From: Caldilineaceae bacterium
GTDB taxonomy: Bacteria > Chloroflexota > Anaerolineae > Caldilineales > Caldilineaceae
Direction: 5' to 3'
Assembly (NCBI GenBank): GCA_965213595.1
Contig: CBDBZO010000002.1
Location: 1,189,577-1,253,576 of the forward strand
Length of the DNA: 64,000 nt
The notes under the pieces were generated by a model that did no database searches, was not told where the DNA came from, and worked only from the letters and a program-made list of their open reading frames with translations. The position numbers and the translations under genes were made by a program. This document shows, piece after piece, positions 58,071-64,000 of the stretch. Each line of letters opens with the position of its first letter. Position 1 is the stretch's first letter.

Positions 58071-59421
58071 CGTGCCCGTACCCGCCAAAACAAGATTGTT
58101 GAAACACTAGTTCAAAGCGTGTTAGAGACGGCCCCCCCGCACTACCCTCAGCACCCGTCGCATGATTCCTTGCATCGCCCGTCGCCCTCTCCGTTGGCAG
58201 CAGATCCAGCCCTTGCAGCGCCGCCAGCAAATCGCGCTGCATAACGGGCTTCTTCAAAAACGCGGCCGCACCCAGCGAGACGGCTAGCTCCGGCTCGTCC
58301 CACACCGAGCAGACCAGAACCGGAATTTGCTTGGTCTCCGGATCGGCGCGCAGCGTTTGCAGTACCTCCCAGCCGTCCATGCTCGGCATCATCACGTCCA
58401 GCGCGACGGCGCTGGGGCGCAGCTGCTGGGCGAGCGCCAGCGCCTGCCGCGGCTCCTGCGTGCCGACGACTTGAATGGCCGAGCGGCTCAGGTAGCGCTC
58501 AAAGAGCCGGATAGCCGTTGCCTGATCGTCCACCACGAGCAGGGTCGGCTGATTGGCCTGCGGCAGCGAGAGCGCCAGCTCCATTGTGCGCGTCTCGCTG
58601 ATCGATTGTTCTTCGATGTGCCGCTGCGTGAGCGTCGCGTCGATGCGCTGGCTCCAGCGCTGAGCGGATTCCAAAGATTTTTGCTCACCCGTGCGCGGGG
58701 TAGCCGCTGGGGATAGCGATTCGACCAACCGCAGCCACAACTCGACACGCTCTGCCTTCACGCGGGCGCTGATGTGCAGCACATCGGCTTGGTGGCGATG
58801 CAGCACGTAGCTCAACATGCTCAGCAAAACCTGGCGCAGGACAACGCGGTCGGCAAGCACGGGCGGCAGCATCCCCGGCAGTTCGTCGCGCAGGTCGATC
58901 CCTTGGTTGCGGGCGCGCGCGTCAACCACCGCCGTCATGCTTTGCAGCACCTTGCCCAGATGCAGCGGCTCCAACCGTACATCAAACGATTCTAGCGGCT
59001 CTAGCTCCGGCTCCGGCTTCGGCTGGTCTATTTCCAATTGACTTGCTTTCTGCTGCCCCCCCATCTGATCCCACAGCAGCGTTGCCACGGCCTGCAGCGC
59101 GCGCCCCTGCTCGCGCCGCAGCTGCCGACCGCTGAGCGGGAAGCGCATTTTGAGCTCGGCGGGTGAAAGCCCCTCGACGTAGCGCGCCAGCAAAATCAAG
59201 TGGGGCCGCGCTTCGACAGCATCCAGCGACAACTCGCCGCCCGTCGGCCTGAGCTGCTCAATGGCGTGGACTAGCTGGGTGCGCAGGTAATCAGCACGGC
59301 TGGTCGTCTTATTGGGGCGAGGCAGCAGCTCAGCTAGCGGGTGCACCTCCAGCGCTGCGTAATCTTGCAGATTGGCCAGCGCGTCTTTGGTCAAGCGCTC
59401 AAATTCTTTGCGATCCATCAT
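57997..59421 (-). CDS. response regulator with sigma-70-region-4-like N-terminal HTH and a degenerate kinase-like middle region
   Basis: ILLARYVEGLSPAELKMRFPLSGRQLRREQGRAL; LADRVVLRQVLLSMLSYVL (N-box-like, no G-boxes); receiver LLVVDDQ...AVALDVMMPSMDGWE...KKP. Start at ATG 59421 (MMDRKEF). Confidence 0.7.
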   Translation of the reverse strand: MMDRKEFERLTKDALANLQDYAALEVHPLAELLPRPNKTTSRADYLRTQLVHAIEQLRPTGGELSLDAVEARPHLILLARYVEGLSPAELKMRFPLSGRQLRREQGRALQAVATLLWDQMGGQQKASQLEIDQPKPEPELEPLESFDVRLEPLHLGKVLQSMTAVVDARARNQGIDLRDELPGMLPPVLADRVVLRQVLLSMLSYVLHRHQADVLHISARVKAERVELWLRLVESLSPAATPRTGEQKSLESAQRWSQRIDATLTQRHIEEQSISETRTMELALSLPQANQPTLLVVDDQATAIRLFERYLSRSAIQVVGTQEPRQALALAQQLRPSAVALDVMMPSMDGWEVLQTLRADPETKQIPVLVCSVWDEPELAVSLGAAAFLKKPVMQRDLLAALQGLDLLPTERATGDARNHATGAEGSAGGPSLTRFELVFQQSCFGGYGHVMACPYGGRRIRQTLSVQLLDFVA

Positions 59422-59673
59422 TGCATCCCCTTGAATGCTTGCCAGTATAGCACGGGCCGCTTGTGCACGCACGGCCATTTTGTGGCCGGAACGTGGCCGA
59501 AACCCGCTTGCAAATTTTCGGGAATCTAGTGAGCTGTTTCCAATACCCCTTTCGACAATCCAATCGATAGTTTCTACATTTGCGTGCGTTGGTCACACGT
59601 TGCTCTACGCGACTGACGCTAATTGCTCCACGCTAATCTTTGCTCGATTACGAGCCAATCCAAGGAGAGTTCT

Positions 59674-61017
59674 ATGTTGCTTCCCCAGAAAAAATTGACC
59701 TTCGCCATCGCTCTGCTGCTCCTGCTGTTTGCTGCCGCCTGTACACCGGGCGACGCCACCGCCGGGCAACCTTCGGACGTAGTGACGGCCTCCAACCCCG
59801 ACGCCGAAATCAACGTCTGGGTGGATGCGACACGCCTGGAGGCGGTTGAGAAATATCAAGAGCTGCACCCCGACGTCGCCGATCTGATTCGCGTCTCCAC
59901 GGTGGATCGCGCCGAATTTCCGGCCAAGGTGCTGCTTTTCAACAACACCGGCGAGGGTTGGCCGGACGTCGTCTTTGCCGAGCCGAGCATCGTCTCGCGC
60001 GTGGCCGACGAAGCGCACTCCTTCCCCGCCGATCTCAGCGAGCTCGTGCCGCAGGAGATTATCGACGGCTTTGCTGAAGGCTCGCTTGCCCCCTGCACCT
60101 TTGACGGCAAGCTCTACTGCCTGCGCAACGATCTGGCCCAGGCCATCCTCTACTACAACGTGCCGCTGATGGAGGAGTTTGGCTACGAGATTCCCACCAC
60201 CTGGGAGGATTACGAAGCGCTGGGGCTGCGCGTCGCTGAGGAACATCCCGGCTACGTGGTCGGCACCTTTGGTGATTTGCAGGGGATGAACTACTATTTT
60301 TGGGCAAGCGAGTGCCCCGTCAACGAACAGCTGAGCTTTAACGAAATTTTGATCAACGTCACCCATCCCAACTGCGAGCGCGCCGCCCAGATGTTGGACA
60401 CGCTGATCGAAGCCGACGCCATCGCCACGCAGCCGCCCTTTGATCCCGCCTTTATCGAGTTGGTACAGGATGATAAGCTGCTGATGATGCCCGCCGCTTC
60501 GTGGTTTGGTGAATTCATCTTTGGCGGCAAAGAAGACAGCATGTACTACACCGAAGCCAACGGTCAGCTCGGCGTGGCGCCCATCCCGAAGTGGGCGGAC
60601 CAGGAGGTAAACTGGACGGGCGCCCACGGCGGTGCGGCGTGGACGATGTCCCGCCACACCGAAAATCCCGATTTGGCTGTGGACCTGCTGATCTGGCTGG
60701 CGACCTCCGAGGAGTATCAGGGCGAAATGGCGCCGACCTTCCCCGCCTATCTGCCTGCCGCCGAGGTGTGGTCGCAAAAGGTGGCAAACGATCCGCTCTA
60801 CGCCTTTGATCCCTACCCCGTAATGGAGGAAGCCGCCGGGTTGATCGACCCCAAGTGGGCCGCCGGTCGCTTCAACTATGGCGAGCCGTTTGGTACAACG
60901 GTGATCGAGACGCTGCTGCAAGGCGGCACAATCCAAGAGGCGCTGCCGCTCTACCAGGAGGCGCTGGTCAACTTGGCCGAGTCGCAGGGCTTCGATGTCG
61001 CGACGCAAGGGCCGTAG
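59674..61017 (+). CDS. sugar ABC transporter substrate-binding lipoprotein (family 1)
   Basis: Lipobox LLFAAAC after ATG 59674 (SD aaggagag). Size and composition are typical of MalE/UgpB-type binding proteins. Followed by two MalFG-type permeases. Confidence 0.8.
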   Translation: MLLPQKKLTFAIALLLLLFAAACTPGDATAGQPSDVVTASNPDAEINVWVDATRLEAVEKYQELHPDVADLIRVSTVDRAEFPAKVLLFNNTGEGWPDVVFAEPSIVSRVADEAHSFPADLSELVPQEIIDGFAEGSLAPCTFDGKLYCLRNDLAQAILYYNVPLMEEFGYEIPTTWEDYEALGLRVAEEHPGYVVGTFGDLQGMNYYFWASECPVNEQLSFNEILINVTHPNCERAAQMLDTLIEADAIATQPPFDPAFIELVQDDKLLMMPAASWFGEFIFGGKEDSMYYTEANGQLGVAPIPKWADQEVNWTGAHGGAAWTMSRHTENPDLAVDLLIWLATSEEYQGEMAPTFPAYLPAAEVWSQKVANDPLYAFDPYPVMEEAAGLIDPKWAAGRFNYGEPFGTTVIETLLQGGTIQEALPLYQEALVNLAESQGFDVATQGP

Positions 61018-61126
61018 GGTCGACGCGAATTGTTGCTGTGTGTAGGCGCTGCTTGCGCATCTGTAAGCAGCGCCTACACATAGCTTGCTACTGGTTTTTT
61101 CCTCGCCTTCAGGAGCTTTCTCACCC

Positions 61127-62071
61127 ATGTCTAGCGCAACCGCCGCCAAGCCCGTCCCCCGACAAGCAGCCGCGCGTCGGCGGCGGGCCTTCTCGTTTTT
61201 CAAAGCGGGTCATCTCTTTGTGCTGCCCTATCTCTTTTTTATGCTGGTCTTCGGGTTGGGGCCAGCGCTCTACGCCGTGGTGGTCAGCGTTTCCAAATTT
61301 CAGTTCGGGCGGCCGCTGCTCTTCCAGGCGGGGCTCGATAACTTCGCCACGGCCTTTACCCACTACCGCTTTTTGCCCGCCTTTCAAAACGTGTTGGGCT
61401 ACTTGGCGCTCTCGCTGCCCGTGGCGCTGCTCGGCGTAATTGGGCTATCGCTGCTCCTTCACGCGCGACCCAGCCGCCTCGCCGATGGCGTGCGCACCGT
61501 CTACTTTCTGCCCGGCGCGGTCACGGGGCCGGCGCTCGTGCTGGTCGCCATCTTTATGTTTGATCCAAACGTCAGCCCCTTTCGCCCGCTGCTAACGGCC
61601 ATGGGCATGGAGGCGCTGATCAACGTGATTCGCCCGCAGCGGCTGGTGCTGCTCTTTACGCTGATTACCTTCTTTGCCGGCGCTGGCGGCTGGATCGCGA
61701 TCTTCTACGGCGCACTCAACGGCATCTCGAAGGAAGTCGTGGAGGCCGCCACTATCGACGGCTGCGGCGCGTGGGAGCTCGCCTCCCGCATCAAGCTGCC
61801 GCTCATCTTGCCCTACGTCTGGTACATGCTGATTCTCTCGTTCGCGGGCAACGTCCAGCTCTTTGCCGAGCCCCAGCTGATCGGCGCCGCACTGCCCGGC
61901 GTGATCGGCCCAAGCTGGTCACCCAACCTGCTGAGCTATGACTTTGCCTTTACGCTGGGCAATTTTGGCGCCGCCGCCGCCGTCTCGCTCGTGCTGCTCG
62001 CCATTGGCCTAATTGCGGCGTATCTCGTCATTACCTTTACGGGCTTTTATCAGACGGACGCAGCGGATTAA
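61127..62071 (+). CDS. sugar ABC transporter permease (MalF/UgpA-like)
   Basis: 6-TM text with the EAA-type loop (EAATIDGCGAWELASRIKLPL). Start at ATG 61127 after SD aggag. Confidence 0.85.
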   Translation: MSSATAAKPVPRQAAARRRRAFSFFKAGHLFVLPYLFFMLVFGLGPALYAVVVSVSKFQFGRPLLFQAGLDNFATAFTHYRFLPAFQNVLGYLALSLPVALLGVIGLSLLLHARPSRLADGVRTVYFLPGAVTGPALVLVAIFMFDPNVSPFRPLLTAMGMEALINVIRPQRLVLLFTLITFFAGAGGWIAIFYGALNGISKEVVEAATIDGCGAWELASRIKLPLILPYVWYMLILSFAGNVQLFAEPQLIGAALPGVIGPSWSPNLLSYDFAFTLGNFGAAAAVSLVLLAIGLIAAYLVITFTGFYQTDAAD

Positions 62072-62112
62072 CGTCCCCGCCCCACTCTCCGCACAGAGTT
62101 AGAAAACGAATT

Positions 62113-63060
62113 ATGCAAAATACCACCGTTCAACACCAGCGCGCCCGAACCAACTTCTTCACCCGCCGCTACCGCTTATGGCGACAGGCCAGCGGCATGA
62201 GCCCCCTGGCCGCCGTGCTGCGCTGGGTTGTGCTCATTGCCTTTGTTATCTTCTTTGGGATGCCGCTGCTGTGGCTGATTTTGGCCGTTACCAAGACGGA
62301 CAACCAGCTGCAAAATTTGCACCCGCTGGCGCTGGGCTCGCTCTCGCACATTCCCGTGGCCTGGCGCAATTTGCTCACCTTTAACGACGGGCAGGCGCTG
62401 CGCTGGACGCTCAACTCCGTCAACTACGTGCTGGCGGCGCTGCTGCTCAGCTTGGCCATCACCGTGCCCGCGGGCTATGCCATGGCTGTCATGAACTTTG
62501 GCGGACGCAAATCGATCCTGTGGGCCACGCTGATCCTGATGATTCTGCCCGGCTCGGCGCTCGTGCTGCCGCTCTTTCTCGAAATGAGCCTCGTGGGGCT
62601 GGTCAACACGCCCTACGCCGTAATTTTGCCCTCGGCCTTCTATCCCTTCGGCGTCTACCTCACCTTTATCTTCTACAAAACCAGTATGCCGAGCGAGCTG
62701 CTGGACGCCGGTCGCGTCGACGGCTGTAGCGAGCTCCAGCTCTTCTGGTTTATCGGCCTGCCGCTGGCTCGCGCCCTGCTCGGCCTGCTCACCTTTCTCA
62801 GCTTTTCCAATAAGTGGAACAACTACTTCCTGCCCTTTGTCATGCTCAACGATGACAGGCTCTACACGCTGCCCGTGGGCCTCAAAGCGATCATTGCCAG
62901 CACCGGCGCTATCCGCCCCGCCGCCGGCACGGACCTGCCGATCTTCCGCGCCGAAGCCGCCCTGCTCGGCGTGATCACCGTTGTCCCGGTCGCGCTCGTC
63001 TTTATCTTCGCCCAGCGCTTTATCACCAGCGGCATGTTGTCCGGCGCCACGAAGGGGTAG
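62113..63060 (+). CDS. sugar ABC transporter permease (MalG/UgpE-like)
   Basis: TM-rich text with the EAA-type loop (LLDAGRVDGCSELQLFWFIGLPL). Confidence 0.85.
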   Translation: MQNTTVQHQRARTNFFTRRYRLWRQASGMSPLAAVLRWVVLIAFVIFFGMPLLWLILAVTKTDNQLQNLHPLALGSLSHIPVAWRNLLTFNDGQALRWTLNSVNYVLAALLLSLAITVPAGYAMAVMNFGGRKSILWATLILMILPGSALVLPLFLEMSLVGLVNTPYAVILPSAFYPFGVYLTFIFYKTSMPSELLDAGRVDGCSELQLFWFIGLPLARALLGLLTFLSFSNKWNNYFLPFVMLNDDRLYTLPVGLKAIIASTGAIRPAAGTDLPIFRAEAALLGVITVVPVALVFIFAQRFITSGMLSGATKG

Positions 63061-63101
63061 GCGAGCGCGGGATGAAACAGTTGAAGAAACTGAGTGGTAA
63101 T

Positions 63102-63136
63102 GAACGAAGCTGCGAGCGCAGCTTCGTTTTGTTTTT
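63102..63136 (+). terminator. intrinsic terminator after the sugar ABC operon
   Basis: gaacgaagctgc-gag-cgcagcttcg followed by ttttgttttt. Confidence 0.8.
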
Positions 63137-63196
63137 GCTTCGTTGTGGAGCTGGTGCAGATTCGTAACGTTATTTGGCGACAATGATCTGCCTACG

Positions 63197-63225
63197 TTGA
63201 CGTGTCGCCCAGTTGTCTTTAGAAT
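63197..63225 (+). promoter_or_regulatory. sigma70-type promoter candidate for the MalT-like regulator
   Basis: TTGACG (63197-63202), a 17-nt spacer, then TAGAAT (63220-63225). Confidence 0.5.
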
Positions 63226-63300
63226 GATCGTGCTCGTGTTACCTGCCCCTGTCAACGATTGCTGCGCTACCGCTTGCTTTATGAACCCACAGCAGAAGAG

Positions 63301-64000
63301 ATGTCAACCACTTCACCCAAGAACAGCACACCCACAGAGCTGTTGATTCGTACCAAGCTCTGCCGCCCGCGCATTGCTGAAGAGAGCCTGCGGCGACAGC
63401 ACTTGGTGGAACAGCTGCACGCGAGCCTGGCTTCCGATCTCACCCTCGTCTGCGCGCCCGCTGGCTATGGCAAAACCTCGCTGCTTGTGGCGTGGCTACA
63501 GCAGGTGGCTCACCCCGTCGCCTGGCTCTCGCTTGATGAAGGGGATAGCGACCTCGTGGTCTTTCTGCGCTACGTAGCCGCTGCCCTGCGCACGGTTGCG
63601 CCGACGGCGGCGACAGAGCTGTGGGGCCTAATTTCGTCCCCCACCTCGTTTTCCTCCGCGTACATGGCGCGCGTGCTGATCGGCGATCTGGAAAGGTTGG
63701 AGCGGAAATGCGTCCTCGTTCTGGATGACTACCACGCCATTCGGGATGACTCACCGGTTCATCAACTCCTGTCGACCCTCATTAAATATAAACCTGCGTC
63801 CGTTCATTTGGTGATTGCCAGCCGCGACGATCCCCCGCTTGGCTTAGCGCGCTTGAGGGCGCAAAACCGGCTCGTTGAGCTGCGCGCACGGGTGCTCCGT
63901 TTTACCTTAGAAGAATCGCGTCATTGTTTGCAGCAGGCGCTGCAGAAAGAGATTGCGCCCCCTGTGATCGAGGCGCTGCACGAACGCACCGAAGGCTGGC
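63301..64000 (+). CDS. MalT-like / LuxR-family ATP-dependent transcriptional regulator, partial (continues past the window end)
   Basis: Not in the ORF track (no stop in the window). My translation: MSTTSPKNSTPTELLIRTKLCRPRIAEESLRRQHLVEQL...LVCAPAGYGKTSLLVAWL...AWLSLDEGDSD...VLVLDDYH. This is the MalT N-terminal NTPase pattern. Confidence 0.75.
   Translation, partial: MSTTSPKNSTPTELLIRTKLCRPRIAEESLRRQHLVEQLHASLASDLTLVCAPAGYGKTSLLVAWLQQVAHPVAWLSLDEGDSDLVVFLRYVAAALRTVAPTAATELWGLISSPTSFSSAYMARVLIGDLERLERKCVLVLDDYHAIRDDSPVHQLLSTLIKYKPASVHLVIASRDDPPLGLARLRAQNRLVELRARVLRFTLEESRHCLQQALQKEIAPPVIEALHERTEGW

Overview
High-GC bacterial chromosome segment. Spot counts on single 60-nt lines give about 45/60 G+C in core genes. 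The intergenic repeat families suggest a Chloroflexota-like organism, but this is unverified. The core content is housekeeping. It includes udk, a cysteine-desulfurase-like gene, sppA, ald and leuS. It also holds the classic tRNA-Thr/Tyr/Thr - tuf - tRNA-Trp - secE - nusG - rplKAJL block, which is not followed by rpoBC. Further core genes are a RIO-type kinase, recQ, a DUF58 protein, a receiver-adenylate cyclase, a TerB-like protein, ndk and an HDAC-like/TPR pair. There is a BMP-type (nucleoside/sugar) ABC transporter operon, a LacD-like aldolase and selD. A catabolic cluster follows: PhyH, SDR, 2x enolase-superfamily, 2x amidohydrolase-2 and a Rieske protein. The window ends with a hybrid histidine kinase plus response regulator, a sugar ABC importer and a MalT-like regulator that is cut by the window end. 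The accessory content is more interesting. Two AT-rich cassettes (28.5-30.5 kb and 32.3-34.7 kb; spot counts 26/60 and 23/60 G+C) flank a 589-aa host-GC gene. Cassette 1 encodes a 425-aa AbiGi-like protein, an orphan XisI and a 96-aa protein. Cassette 2 encodes a DUF2442 protein, an Orc1/Cdc6-like ATPase and a HigA-like HTH protein, plus a decayed HicB gene and a foreign ABC-ATPase 3' fragment. These two cassettes are my best candidates for an undescribed defence or addiction-type system. Other notable points follow. selD carries an in-frame TGA, probably selenocysteine, and the ORF track misses its N-terminus. leuS, sppA and an ABC permease each show an apparent single-nucleotide frameshift, which may be assembly indels or real decay. 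The permease also carries an in-frame 87-nt partial tandem duplication. A 57-nt copy of the leuS 3' end lies exactly 200 nt downstream of the real one, bracketing a hairpin element. A Phd/VapC pair is inserted in the catabolic cluster. A very dense population of intergenic hairpin repeats is built from locus-specific short tandem units. All functional calls come from reading the translations and from remembered family motifs. No database search was run.
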